From Candidatus Aminicenantes bacterium (lineage in GTDB: Bacteria > Acidobacteriota > Aminicenantia > Aminicenantales > Aminicenantaceae): 64,000 bases of DNA. The position numbers and the translations under genes were made by a program. The stretch covers positions 13,373 to 77,372 of the forward strand of contig JAFGMO010000018.1 in assembly GCA_016927475.1 (NCBI GenBank), read 5' to 3'. This document shows positions 28,495 through 38,212 of the stretch, one piece after another (position 1 is the stretch's first letter; each line of letters opens with the position of its first letter). The notes under the pieces were generated by a model. The model had not been told where the DNA came from and ran no database searches. It saw only the letters and a list, made by a program, of their open reading frames with translations.

Positions 28495-28741
28495 ATTATT
28501 CATAAATTTGGCCGATACCGACAGACAATTCCTGGAATATATATCACTAATAGAGATTATCCGGAAACATCGATAATGAAACATCTTCCATATATTATTT
28601 CAAAAAAATATCGGCCAAATTCCCCTAAAGGCGAGCCGATCTTACCGCATCTGCTACGTTGCGGTCTGTTCGCGGTGCCGAGCACAGCTTCACAGACCGA
28701 CGCCTTGCATCTACGGCAAGCTTGGCTCGTGAATAATACAG
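28495..28741. repeat. 247-bp structured intergenic element, copy 1 (short terminal inverted repeat ATTATTCA...TGAATAAT; conserved 3' core)
   Basis: Near-identical 5' ~35 nt and 3' ~110 nt to the copy at 40831..41077; internal long-range inverted repeat AAATTTGGCCGAT / ATCGGCCAAATT. See findings. Confidence 0.6.
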
Positions 28742-28751
28742 CTTGACGTCG

Positions 28752-29636
28752 TTAAAAGAGAGAGACACTAATTCCCACCGTAACCGTCAAAAAGTGGAGC
28801 CAGTTTTTTACGTAACCATCACCTGGTCCTGTTTCATCTTCGCTTGTACCAACGGCTCCTCCCCCAAGGTAACGAATGTTTAAAAATGCTTCAGTGTTTT
28901 TAGGCAAGATAACACCCATTCTGAAACTGGCATCCAATATAGCTCCGACGACTTCATTGTCGCTGCCGTTGATATAACTTATAGGGGCATAAAAACCGTC
29001 AGCTTCAGAGCCGAGCCAGAAACCGCTGTCGAAAACACGCCGCCACCGGAACTTGAGAATGGGAACGGGGCCGATATCCCGGTTGCTTCGAAAAAGAGTG
29101 CCGTCCAGGGATTCAAATTCGATGGTGGCGTTACGTATTTGGAGAGATAGTCCGATCGAAAATTCGTTGTACGGATTACGATTCAGGTCATAGAGATAAC
29201 TCAAACGGTAAAAAGGAAAGTTATAGACAAAACGCATGGGAGTTCCTTGGGGAAAAACAAGTCCGTCTACTTTTATATCCCGTTCTAGGATGTTTTTAGT
29301 CTGAAGGGAAAGGGGCTGGTAGAGGAAGATGAGAGTGTGCCTCGAAGATAATTGGAAATCCAGGCTCATTCTGTTGATAAAAAATAGATTATCCTGAGCG
29401 CCTTCCTTGTGGTAGGGGAAATAAGTTCCATCTTCACTGAATTGGATTCTGTGGGAAACAACGGCTAAATACCCCAGCTCGAGATGTCCTTTGAGCCTAT
29501 AATTATGTTCTGTTTCCGGATAGGCCTGAAGAGGAAAAATCATAGCCAGAGTTAAAATAAAAAAAGCGAACGTTTCAGAACGATGGAAAATATGTTTCAA
29601 ATTTTTTTGTCTGTATTTGTAACGCTTGGTTGCCAT
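28752..29636 (-). CDS. Hypothetical outer-membrane beta-barrel protein
   Basis: N-terminal hydrophobic signal region; alternating amphipathic strands; aromatic C-terminus ...VGISVSLF typical of OM barrels. Confidence 0.4.
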   Translation of the reverse strand: MATKRYKYRQKNLKHIFHRSETFAFFILTLAMIFPLQAYPETEHNYRLKGHLELGYLAVVSHRIQFSEDGTYFPYHKEGAQDNLFFINRMSLDFQLSSRHTLIFLYQPLSLQTKNILERDIKVDGLVFPQGTPMRFVYNFPFYRLSYLYDLNRNPYNEFSIGLSLQIRNATIEFESLDGTLFRSNRDIGPVPILKFRWRRVFDSGFWLGSEADGFYAPISYINGSDNEVVGAILDASFRMGVILPKNTEAFLNIRYLGGGAVGTSEDETGPGDGYVKNWLHFLTVTVGISVSLF

Positions 29637-29802
29637 AGTGACCTCCTCTTTGCATTATTATTTTGTCGATTATTATTAAGTAATAATATAAATATAATAT
29701 AATAATATGAATTTTAATTCAATAAAGAAAATCATAAAAGATTTTGACTTGGAACAAATAAATCCATAAAATTGAGTCGAGAAACATTGCAGGAGGTTTT
29801 AT

Positions 29803-30975
29803 ATGGGGGATATAAAAAGCGGTTTCTTTTTCAAGATCGGTTCACTTGTTCTTGTCCTTTTTCTGTTGTTCAATCTCTCCGCTTGCAATAAGGAAGAAGA
29901 GGAGGAGTTAGAACTCCCGAGCTGCGGATCGTTCACCACACCTGAGATGTTCTTTACCGTTCTGCCTCTGTCAATACCTAATATCCGTGTTTTTGTTGTT
30001 TTGGGACATATGAATCCGCCCGGCCATACGCTGCCGTCCGGGCACGGTGGCTTTTATCTGGAAGATCATACCGTCCGGGTAGATGTGTACTGTCCCGGAG
30101 ATGGATATATCACCTGTATTGTCGAAGTTGACCATGTTACAGGGGGATACAAGGATTATACTATCGAGATCAAACCCTGTGAGGAATTCAGGACCACGTT
30201 CGGGCATATGAGCTCTTTGTCGGATTGGATTTTGGATACCGCCGGCGGTTTTGATGACTCCGAGTGTGATACGTATACAGCAGGGGGAGCAACATACACA
30301 CACTGCCGGAAAGATGTTATGATACCCGTTGAGGCCGGCGAAGTGATCGGAACAGCAGGAGGATTGCCGGGACAGTACGGTTTGGACTTCGGTACTATTG
30401 ATGAGCGTATTACCCTAGATTTTGCCAATAAGGAGCGTTTTGCCGACCATCCCTATCTCCATGCCGTCTCGCCCGTCCACTATTATTCTCCCGCTCTTCA
30501 GGCTTTTCTCAGGTCCATAGCAGGAGAGGTAGGTCCCCGTGGCCGTCAGTTACGGACCATTCCCCCTATTGAAGGAGAAGTGGAACAGGATGTGCCGGGA
30601 ACGGCCCAGGGTATTTGGTTCAGGGAAGGGGCTCCCACCAATCCCGAAGACCCTCATATGGCCCTGGTCCATGACAACGTCGACCCGACCAGTCCCATCA
30701 TTTCCATGGGAACCTCCGTGCCGGGATTCAACTCGGGAATGTACACATTCACTCCACTGGCTGCCGGACAGGTGGACCGGGAATTTAACCAGGTAACACC
30801 GGACGGACTGATTTACCGCTACATTCCCGTCCGCTGGTTTGACCTGGCCCCGCCTCCGAACACGGTTCTTCTTGTGAAAATGATGTCTTCCACCCGAATA
30901 CGTGTGGAAAAACAGGCTCTGACAGATGGACCGCCCTGGAATTTTACGGGAAACGCCGTCGATTTCATAAGGTGA
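29803..30975 (+). CDS. Hypothetical lipoprotein (acidic linker, His/Gly-rich region)
   Basis: AGGAGG RBS; signal peptide with lipobox LSAC, then EEEEE linker; no recognised family (HMNPPGHTLPSGHGGFY region). Confidence 0.45.
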   Translation: MGDIKSGFFFKIGSLVLVLFLLFNLSACNKEEEEELELPSCGSFTTPEMFFTVLPLSIPNIRVFVVLGHMNPPGHTLPSGHGGFYLEDHTVRVDVYCPGDGYITCIVEVDHVTGGYKDYTIEIKPCEEFRTTFGHMSSLSDWILDTAGGFDDSECDTYTAGGATYTHCRKDVMIPVEAGEVIGTAGGLPGQYGLDFGTIDERITLDFANKERFADHPYLHAVSPVHYYSPALQAFLRSIAGEVGPRGRQLRTIPPIEGEVEQDVPGTAQGIWFREGAPTNPEDPHMALVHDNVDPTSPIISMGTSVPGFNSGMYTFTPLAAGQVDREFNQVTPDGLIYRYIPVRWFDLAPPPNTVLLVKMMSSTRIRVEKQALTDGPPWNFTGNAVDFIR

Positions 30976-31067
30976 ATCCAACGGCCGGAGAAATATAAAA
31001 AGTCAAAATATTTTTCTATCCATACCAAACCTGAATAGTGCAGGTGGACCTGTGTTAGAATAAGCCT

Positions 31068-32171
31068 ATGCCGGAATGCAAAAAGGACATCCTTAATTAT
31101 GATAGGGAAAGTTTGGAGATCCTTTTTTCGGATATAGGCGAGCCCGCCTACAGAGCCGGGCAGCTCATGGACTGGGTTTACCGGAAAAAAGTCGATGATT
31201 TTTCCCAGATGACAAATTTTCCGAAGTCTCTTATGGATAGATTGAAAAAAAATTTCCAAATAGGTTCCCTTCAGCATATCAAAACCGTGAGTACTAGGGA
31301 TGGGACGGCCAAATATCTCTGGCGGCTTTGGGACGGCCATACGATAGAGACTGTTCTTATTCCGGGAAAGCGGCGGAGGACTGTGTGTCTTTCATCACAG
31401 GCGGGATGCCGCTTCCGATGCCCTTTTTGTGCCAGCGGCGCCAAAGGATTGATTCGACAGCTTGATCCGGCTGAAATGGTGGGCCAGGTTTTTTTTGTTC
31501 AGCGTTTATATGAAGAAAAAGTCACACATGTTGTTTTTATGGGGATTGGTGAGCCGCTTGATAATTGGAACAACCTTGTCCGTGCCCTTCAAATATTAAA
31601 TTCCCCAGAGGGGATGACGATCGGTGCCCGAAGAATCACCATTTCTACTTGCGGTCTTGTCCCCGGCATAAAAAAACTTCAACATTTTGGGCTCCAGGTG
31701 GAGCTTTCCGTCTCTCTTCATGCGGTAAATGACCGGTTGCGTGACCGGCTTGTTCCCGTCAATCGCACATACAAACTTTCCAGGCTCCTGGCCGCATGTA
31801 AAGAATACAGAGAAGTGACGGGACGGGTGATTACTTTTGAATACGCGCTTATCGAGGGTATCAATGATGATGATGAGGATGCCCGCCGTCTTGCTGAAAT
31901 AGCCCGGTCCATGAAAGCGAAAATCAATCTTATTCCCTGCAGTCCTGTTGGAAGGGCGAAATTCCGGGGGACGCCTGAAAGAAAATTATTGCATTTTCGA
32001 GATATAATTTGTGATTATGGTGCTTTGGTCACTGTCAGGAATTCAAAAGGAAGCGGGATTCAGGCTGCTTGTGGCCAGCTTGCCCTGGACAGGATGGAAG
32101 ACAAAAACGGGGAAGCAAAGACTGCCCTCCGTACGGGTTTTGTTAAAGGAAGGCAGGAAGGATGGGAATGA
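31068..32171 (+). CDS. rlmN: 23S rRNA (adenine2503-C2)/tRNA methyltransferase RlmN (radical SAM)
   Basis: N-terminal AYRAGQLMDWVY; radical-SAM cluster CLSSQAGCRFRCPFCASG; GIGEPLDNWNN; ...CGQLA near the C-terminus. Confidence 0.85.
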   Translation: MPECKKDILNYDRESLEILFSDIGEPAYRAGQLMDWVYRKKVDDFSQMTNFPKSLMDRLKKNFQIGSLQHIKTVSTRDGTAKYLWRLWDGHTIETVLIPGKRRRTVCLSSQAGCRFRCPFCASGAKGLIRQLDPAEMVGQVFFVQRLYEEKVTHVVFMGIGEPLDNWNNLVRALQILNSPEGMTIGARRITISTCGLVPGIKKLQHFGLQVELSVSLHAVNDRLRDRLVPVNRTYKLSRLLAACKEYREVTGRVITFEYALIEGINDDDEDARRLAEIARSMKAKINLIPCSPVGRAKFRGTPERKLLHFRDIICDYGALVTVRNSKGSGIQAACGQLALDRMEDKNGEAKTALRTGFVKGRQEGWE

Positions 32172-32818
32172 AATTCAGGCTTGTTGTTTTGGATATAGAT
32201 GGCACCATTACCCGGCATGTGTCTTCCTGGCAGTACCTTCATGAAAGGCTGGGGCAGTGGGCTGATGAGGCGGATGAATACCAAAAAATGTTTCTTGACG
32301 GCAAAATAAGCTACCGAAAATTCTGCCGGCTTGATGCAGCCCATTGGAAAGGAATGGAAGAAGGTCATCTTTTTGCCCTTTTTAGAGAGGTCCCTTATGC
32401 CCGGAATGTGGAAAAAGCACTCGATATTCTCAAACATAAAGGCTTCATGCTGGCCGCCGTCTCCACGGGTATCCAATTTATCGTGGAACGTGTGAGACAG
32501 GAGCTGGATTTTGATTATGTGCTCTGCAATGAGCTGAAAGTCTGTCGAGGCCGACTGACGGGTGGGGTGCGGATCAACATCGGTCATCTGGAAAAAGGGA
32601 AAGCGCTGGAAAAAATGATGAGGAAATTTAACATACCGGACTCTGAAACGATTGTCGTCGGAGACAGTGCCGGTGACGTCCCCATGATGGAGCGGGCTGG
32701 ATATGCCATTTCTTTTAATGCCAACGGACCGGAGGTTGAAAGGGCGGCGGATTACCGTTGCCGGAGCGACGATTTCATGGAGGTTTGTTTAAAAATCCTG
32801 GAGATTTCCGGGCTGTGA
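32162..32818 (+). CDS. HAD-superfamily hydrolase, subfamily IB (phosphoserine phosphatase-like)
   Basis: LVVLDIDGTIT (DxDGT motif I); KGKALEKMMRKFN; VVGDSAGDVPMMERAGYAISFNA (motif III). Confidence 0.65.
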   Translation: MGMKFRLVVLDIDGTITRHVSSWQYLHERLGQWADEADEYQKMFLDGKISYRKFCRLDAAHWKGMEEGHLFALFREVPYARNVEKALDILKHKGFMLAAVSTGIQFIVERVRQELDFDYVLCNELKVCRGRLTGGVRINIGHLEKGKALEKMMRKFNIPDSETIVVGDSAGDVPMMERAGYAISFNANGPEVERAADYRCRSDDFMEVCLKILEISGL

Positions 32819-32844
32819 TCCGGACCGGCTTGTCGTTATTCCGG

Positions 32845-33978
32845 CTAATATCTTTCCCATTTGAAAACATAACGGCCGTAGAAAGCGTTGAGAATAAGCA
32901 GTCCCCCGGCCACGATAAAGGGCCAGTGAAGCCCGGCCCCAAAACCAAGCGATGAAAAAACCAGGGAGCCGATCATATGGCCGGAAGTCATGATCATTAA
33001 CAGGATTCCTGAGCTTCCGCCGATACTGTCTTTACTGAAAAGACGTGAGATGGTGAGGGCCAAGGCTGCTCCAATAAAACCGTCTCCAATCTCATGGAGG
33101 ATGCGAAACGCGAAAGAAACGACAAGATTGTTGTTAACCATCATAATAAGTCCCAGCCCGGATAAAAACATGGCCAGAAGGAAAAGTCTGTTATTTTTAC
33201 GCAGATCGTATTTTAAAAAACTAAAGAGAAAGGCCGAAAGGGCCATCAAAAAAAGCGGAATGGATATATATAATGAAAGCTGCAAATGGCTCAATCCGAA
33301 ATGCTCTTTCAGAAAAGGACTGTAGACCGTACCTTCGGCACCCCAGTGAAGAGTCAATACCAGAATCATCACTGAAAAAGCAAGGGTTTTCCGGTTGAGG
33401 ATACCAAGGCGATAGGCTTGAAGGGAAACCATAGCTTTTTTCCCCTCGCCGATGGGGAAGACAAGGAAAAATGGTGCGAGCATTAAAAAAGCGTACACGT
33501 TAAGAAGAACTTCGAATCTGGCGTAGGTTGTGAGAAATCCTCCAAAAAAAGTCCCTGCGGCCACTCCCAATGCCAGCCAAAAGGCCAGCAGTCCGTATTT
33601 TTTGTTCTGGTTGGCATCCCTCCCGTCTTTGTAGAAAAAATTGTTGATTGAAACATCAAGGGCGTTGTTCGCGATACCCAGCATGAGAAAAAGGAAAAGC
33701 ATGGGTAAAAAATGCTTGGCCCGGCCGATAAGAAAAAGAGTCAAACTCATGGTTACAAGACCTGCCTGGATAAGCTTTTTGATGGAAAATCTGTCGTTGA
33801 TCCATCCGGCGGGAAAGGAAAACAATAAGGGTGCTGAGGCGTAAAAGGCCATGATCAGTCCGATTTGCCAGCCAGGCAGGCCGATCTGCAGGAAATGGAG
33901 AGGGATCAGAAAAAAGATGGAATTCGAGGTAAACTTCCTGATGAAGTTGACGCAATGGAGGCGATGCCTGGCGTCCAT
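32845..33978 (-). CDS. MFS transporter
   Basis: 12-TM-like hydrophobic profile. Start moved to the internal Met (MDARHRL...) because the 34185 start would leave only 6 bp to the divergent gene at 34192. Start uncertain. Confidence 0.5.
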   Translation of the reverse strand: MDARHRLHCVNFIRKFTSNSIFFLIPLHFLQIGLPGWQIGLIMAFYASAPLLFSFPAGWINDRFSIKKLIQAGLVTMSLTLFLIGRAKHFLPMLFLFLMLGIANNALDVSINNFFYKDGRDANQNKKYGLLAFWLALGVAAGTFFGGFLTTYARFEVLLNVYAFLMLAPFFLVFPIGEGKKAMVSLQAYRLGILNRKTLAFSVMILVLTLHWGAEGTVYSPFLKEHFGLSHLQLSLYISIPLFLMALSAFLFSFLKYDLRKNNRLFLLAMFLSGLGLIMMVNNNLVVSFAFRILHEIGDGFIGAALALTISRLFSKDSIGGSSGILLMIMTSGHMIGSLVFSSLGFGAGLHWPFIVAGGLLILNAFYGRYVFKWERY

Positions 33979-34191
33979 GTTCTTGACTCGTGAATAAAGC
34001 GGGTTAATTGATCCATGAATATAGGGCCGAAAAAAGATTTTGGCAAGCGTTTTTTTTAAGAATTTTCCGGGTGTATCATCGAGGCGTTTTTTTAAGTCAT
34101 GACAAGGGTGCCTGTGTGAAATTGAATGTGTTGAAAATGATGAACACCAGGCATAAAATAAGGGCGCATAAAATTTTCCCGCCAAGGAGAA

Positions 34192-36927
34192 ATGATGAAA
34201 TATTATTCCGCCTTAAGAAGGTTTTCGGTCCGTCAACGTTCCTTTCGTAAACGTCTTGGACTTTTCCTGATTGGATGTGCTTACCTTTTCTTTTTCTGTC
34301 CACAAGGACAAACTTCCGCGATAAAGAAAGAGCCGGATTTTTTCAAGTCCTTTACCTACCGCAACTTGGGGCCTTTTCGGTCCGGAGCCTGGATTGGTGA
34401 TATTGCCGTGCCTGAGAATCCGGGGCCCGATGGTCCTTACACGTATTATGCCGCCCCACGTAACGGCGGTTTATGGAAAACCGTCAACAACGGCACCACG
34501 TTCCAGCCGATTTTTGACCAGTACGGGATTAATGCCATCGGCTGCGTCGAGGTCGCTCCATCCGATGCCGATATCATCTGGGTGGGAACGGGGGATGATT
34601 CCTACGCGCGTTCTTCTTATTACGGGAACGGTATCTACAAGTCGACTGATGGAGGGAAAACGTTCCATTGTATGGGACTCAAAGACTCTCATCACATCGG
34701 ACGCATTGTTTTCCATCCTGAAAATCCCGACATCGTCTACGCAGCGGTAATGGGACATTTATTCTCCCCGAATGAAGAGAGAGGTGTTTTTAAAACAATA
34801 GATGGGGGACGAACCTGGGAAAAAATCCTGTACATCAATGATAAGGTGGGGGTTGTCGATCTTTGCATAAACCAAAAAAATCCGGATATTCTTTATGCCG
34901 CATCTTATGATAAGGTCCGGCTTCCCTGGCACTATGAAGCCGGTGGTGAAAAAAGCCGTATCTACCGGACTAAGGACGGAGGCCGTACATGGGATATTCT
35001 GACCGAAGGGCTTCCTACAGGAAAACTGGGCCGTATCGGGATCGATATCCACCGGGCGAATCCGGACATTCTATATGCCGTCATCGAAAATCTTAATCTC
35101 AAGCCCGGATTACAGAAGCGGAGCGAAGTCAAGTTTGACGAGTTTTCCGACCAATCGCACGAAGACCTCATCGGCGGGGAAATTTTTCGATCCGATGACG
35201 GCGGGGATTCCTGGAGGAAGGTCAGCCCCGACGGCCTTGATCTCAGTGGAAAGGCGGCTTATTCTTTTAACGAAATCACCGTCGATCCGAAAGACCCGGA
35301 AAAAGTGTATCTCATTGGAGTCAGCATGCAGTATTCTCTGGACGGGGGAAAAACGTGGCCCCGCTGGCGCGAGAAAAGAAGATTCCGCAAAAATTTTGGC
35401 GATGTCCGGACGTTTTGGATAAATCCGCATGATCCCCGGCATATGATGCTGGGAAGTGATGGCGGGCTTTATGTTTCTTATGATGCCGGCCTGACGACCT
35501 TTCATCTCTACCAGATTCCTTTGGGCGAGATTTATGCCGTTGAGGTTGATAACGCCGAACCCTACAACATTTATGCCGGTCTTCAAGACCATGAGTCCTG
35601 GAAAGGACCCAGCAACGGATGGTCCGGAAGTGTCGGTCTTGAAGACTGGGTCATTGTGGGAATGTGGGATGGTATGTACACGAAGGTCAATCCAAAAAAC
35701 AACCGCTGGCTCTATTTTACCACCCAGTTCGGGAAACATCACAGGGTTGACCAGCTAAAGGGAGAACGAATAGAAATAACTCCCAGAGCCCCCGAAGGTA
35801 AACCATTTTATCGTTATACCTGGACAACACCCCTGGTTCTCTCTCCGCATAACGGGGATATCCTTTATACAGGCGGGCAGATGCTTCTCCGTTCTCTTGA
35901 CAGGGGAGATGCCTGGGAAGAGCTCAGTCCGGATCTGACGACCAACGATCCTGTCAAGATCGCCGGCCAGGGTCACATCATGTTCTGCACCATAACCACC
36001 ATTGACGAGTCTCCTCTTAAACCGGGTCTCATCTGGATCGGAACCGATGACGGGAAAGTTCACGTCACCCGGGATCATGGGGCTTCTTGGGAAGAAAGAA
36101 CGAACCGCATTGTGGAAGCCGGGGCTCGTCCTCAAACTTGGGTCAGCCGTGTTTTTGCCTCCCGTCACGAACAGGGAAGGGCCTATGTCACCAAGTCGGG
36201 GTACCGGGAGGATGATTTTCGGCCTTACGTCTTCAGAACACGGGATTACGGCCAAACATGGGAGAACATATCGTCCGGCCTTCCGGATGCGCCCGTTTCC
36301 GTGATTGTTGAGGACAGCGTCAATCCGGACCTTCTTTTCTTAGGAAACGATAAAGGGGTTTATATCAGTTTGGATGGAGGGAAAAACTGGTCCCCCTTTC
36401 AAAACAACATGCCGCCGGTTCCCGTACGGGACCTTTTGGTTCATCCCCGGGAAAAAGACCTGGTCGTGGGGTCTTACGGCAGGGGAGTTTGGGTGACACA
36501 AATAGCCCCTCTTCAAGAGCTGATAGACGAGGTTTTGTCCAAGGAGCTTCATCTTTTTTCGATCGTTCCCAAACCGGTTTCAACTTATTCGCAAAGAGCC
36601 CTCTGGGGCAACTACCATATGACGGGAGACGCCCACATAAGGACAGACAACGAAGCTGCGGGTCTGCAGATTTTTTATTACGTTAAAGAACAAGAGGAGA
36701 AGCCGCTTCAACTTTCTGTTGAGGACCCGGAAGGACATTCCATAGCCACTTTGAAGCTGCGGCCAAACCCGGGGATCCATAAATTGACCTGGAATTCTCC
36801 GGATATAATTCCGGGAACATACCGCTTCATTCTGACCGGCGAAAACGCCCAGAGCGTCCAAAAGGGTATTCTCAAACCTAGGATCTTTTGGCCGGTGGGG
36901 AATCCGATACAGCTCCGGGAAAAGTGA
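34192..36927 (+). CDS. Secreted BNR/Asp-box repeat protein, sortilin/Vps10-like (xyloglucanase/Ycf48-like beta-propellers)
   Basis: AAGGAG RBS; signal peptide. At least 9 S-x-D-x-G-x-T-W Asp-boxes (TDGGKTFH, DGGRTWEKI, DGGRTWDIL, DGGDSWRKV, DGGKTWP, DRGDAWEEL, DHGASWEER, DYGQTWENI, DGGKNWSPF). Confidence 0.7.
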   Translation: MMKYYSALRRFSVRQRSFRKRLGLFLIGCAYLFFFCPQGQTSAIKKEPDFFKSFTYRNLGPFRSGAWIGDIAVPENPGPDGPYTYYAAPRNGGLWKTVNNGTTFQPIFDQYGINAIGCVEVAPSDADIIWVGTGDDSYARSSYYGNGIYKSTDGGKTFHCMGLKDSHHIGRIVFHPENPDIVYAAVMGHLFSPNEERGVFKTIDGGRTWEKILYINDKVGVVDLCINQKNPDILYAASYDKVRLPWHYEAGGEKSRIYRTKDGGRTWDILTEGLPTGKLGRIGIDIHRANPDILYAVIENLNLKPGLQKRSEVKFDEFSDQSHEDLIGGEIFRSDDGGDSWRKVSPDGLDLSGKAAYSFNEITVDPKDPEKVYLIGVSMQYSLDGGKTWPRWREKRRFRKNFGDVRTFWINPHDPRHMMLGSDGGLYVSYDAGLTTFHLYQIPLGEIYAVEVDNAEPYNIYAGLQDHESWKGPSNGWSGSVGLEDWVIVGMWDGMYTKVNPKNNRWLYFTTQFGKHHRVDQLKGERIEITPRAPEGKPFYRYTWTTPLVLSPHNGDILYTGGQMLLRSLDRGDAWEELSPDLTTNDPVKIAGQGHIMFCTITTIDESPLKPGLIWIGTDDGKVHVTRDHGASWEERTNRIVEAGARPQTWVSRVFASRHEQGRAYVTKSGYREDDFRPYVFRTRDYGQTWENISSGLPDAPVSVIVEDSVNPDLLFLGNDKGVYISLDGGKNWSPFQNNMPPVPVRDLLVHPREKDLVVGSYGRGVWVTQIAPLQELIDEVLSKELHLFSIVPKPVSTYSQRALWGNYHMTGDAHIRTDNEAAGLQIFYYVKEQEEKPLQLSVEDPEGHSIATLKLRPNPGIHKLTWNSPDIIPGTYRFILTGENAQSVQKGILKPRIFWPVGNPIQLREK

Positions 36928-36930
36928 TCT

Positions 36931-37941
36931 TTAAGCCGTTTTGTTGTCACGGCTTTTTCCGCTTTTTTCTTTGAAGCGGTAGGTCAGGGCGTATTTTTTG
37001 ACACAGGTTCCTTCATCGGCTGCGGAGTAAAGGTGATTTTTCTGATCGAAGGTGATGGTATGTGACGGAAAGGGAAGAGTAAAGGTAAAGATCCGCTTTC
37101 CAGAGGAAGGATCCAAGACATAAATGTCCCTGCTTCTGTGCCGGGATAAGTGGCCTCCCAGGATAAAAACATATCCGAATCTGTCAAGGGTGATATTTTT
37201 GAAGACAACGTTTTGAGGAAGCTTGGAAGGCCCTCCTTTGGCCGTTGAGTCTTCGAATTCCGCTTTTATGTTTCCGAGAAGCGAAGCCGACCACATTTTT
37301 GTGTTGTCTTTATTGAATTTTTCGATACGGTCGGCAAAGGTATACTGAAGGTAAATGTTTTTCTGCTTGTCCCTGGCGAATTTCGTAAAAGACGACCAGT
37401 AAGCTTCTCCTTCTTTCATCCGTTTTGACGGTGTTTTCAGCAAACCCTTGCGGCCGACGGTCATCAAACCGGAGGGAGAAGGAGCGGAAGGTGAGGATAT
37501 GATAAACCGGCCGGGGTCTGTGATCTCTAAGTCAACTACCGGGAGGGCCAAGGGGATTTTTTCAAGGTAGTTCAGATCCGTATCGAAAACCTGTATTCCC
37601 GGTTTGTAAAGGTCGGACACATAAACCCGGCCTTCAAAAAAACGGATAAGACGGGGACTGATGAACTCGCCCGGACCCTGGCCCATTCTTCCCTTTTTCA
37701 GGAGGAGGGTGCCTTTGTCGTCGAATTTTTTCATCGAATAATCCATAAAATCAAGGATGTAGATATTTCCTTGAGGGTCGGTGGCCAGGTCCGACCAGGC
37801 GAAGATCACATCCTTCTCCAGGCCGCCTATGGAGAGAATCTCCTCCAGACATATGGATTTGATTTCTCTTTCGGCGAAAACGAACGAGAACAAGAACCAG
37901 ACCGCTGCCGGCAGCACAAAAAATCTTTTTGTTCCCCACAT
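36931..37941 (-). CDS. Secreted 6-bladed beta-propeller (NHL/TolB-like) protein; paralog of 4365..5480
   Basis: Signal peptide; GNIYILD, KKGRMGQGPGEF, RVYVSD blade motifs mirroring 4365..5480. Confidence 0.5.
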   Translation of the reverse strand: MWGTKRFFVLPAAVWFLFSFVFAEREIKSICLEEILSIGGLEKDVIFAWSDLATDPQGNIYILDFMDYSMKKFDDKGTLLLKKGRMGQGPGEFISPRLIRFFEGRVYVSDLYKPGIQVFDTDLNYLEKIPLALPVVDLEITDPGRFIISSPSAPSPSGLMTVGRKGLLKTPSKRMKEGEAYWSSFTKFARDKQKNIYLQYTFADRIEKFNKDNTKMWSASLLGNIKAEFEDSTAKGGPSKLPQNVVFKNITLDRFGYVFILGGHLSRHRSRDIYVLDPSSGKRIFTFTLPFPSHTITFDQKNHLYSAADEGTCVKKYALTYRFKEKSGKSRDNKTA

Positions 37942-37974
37942 CTTCCGCTCCTTTTTTTAATGCCTTACCTCTTA

Positions 37975-38205
37975 TCAGGCCATAAAAACGAGGCAGAACG
38001 TCAATCCTATTGTGCAGTAGGCCCTGCCGAATTCTCCAGCGATGCCGGGAATCCAGCCGCCGTGCCCGAGAATGCATAATTCATATTTCTCTTGACACTC
38101 TTCATCTTTTACCTTGGCGTATGAGGGGGACGCAGTCAGCAGAAAGGCGACAAAGAGGAACAAAACGACGATTATTCCGGTTGATCTTTTTTGTTTTTTC
38201 ATCAT
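37975..38205 (-). CDS. Small secreted Cys4 protein (paralog 1 of tandem pair)
   Basis: Signal peptide MMKKQKRSTGIIVVLFLFVAFLLTASPSYA; mature ~50 aa with C-x6-C...C-x5-C and hydrophobic tail FCLVFMA. Confidence 0.4.
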   Translation of the reverse strand: MMKKQKRSTGIIVVLFLFVAFLLTASPSYAKVKDEECQEKYELCILGHGGWIPGIAGEFGRAYCTIGLTFCLVFMA

Positions 38206-38212
38206 AAACTCC

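Noticed and set aside
34185-34185. MFS transporter start at 34185 (full 446-aa ORF)
   Set aside because: That start would leave 6 bp to the divergent, well-supported (AAGGAG RBS) start of the BNR gene at 34192. An internal Met at 33978 was preferred, but this remains uncertain.
35110-35742. 210-aa minus-strand ORF within the BNR-repeat gene
   Set aside because: Antisense shadow; the plus strand carries nine Asp-box repeats.
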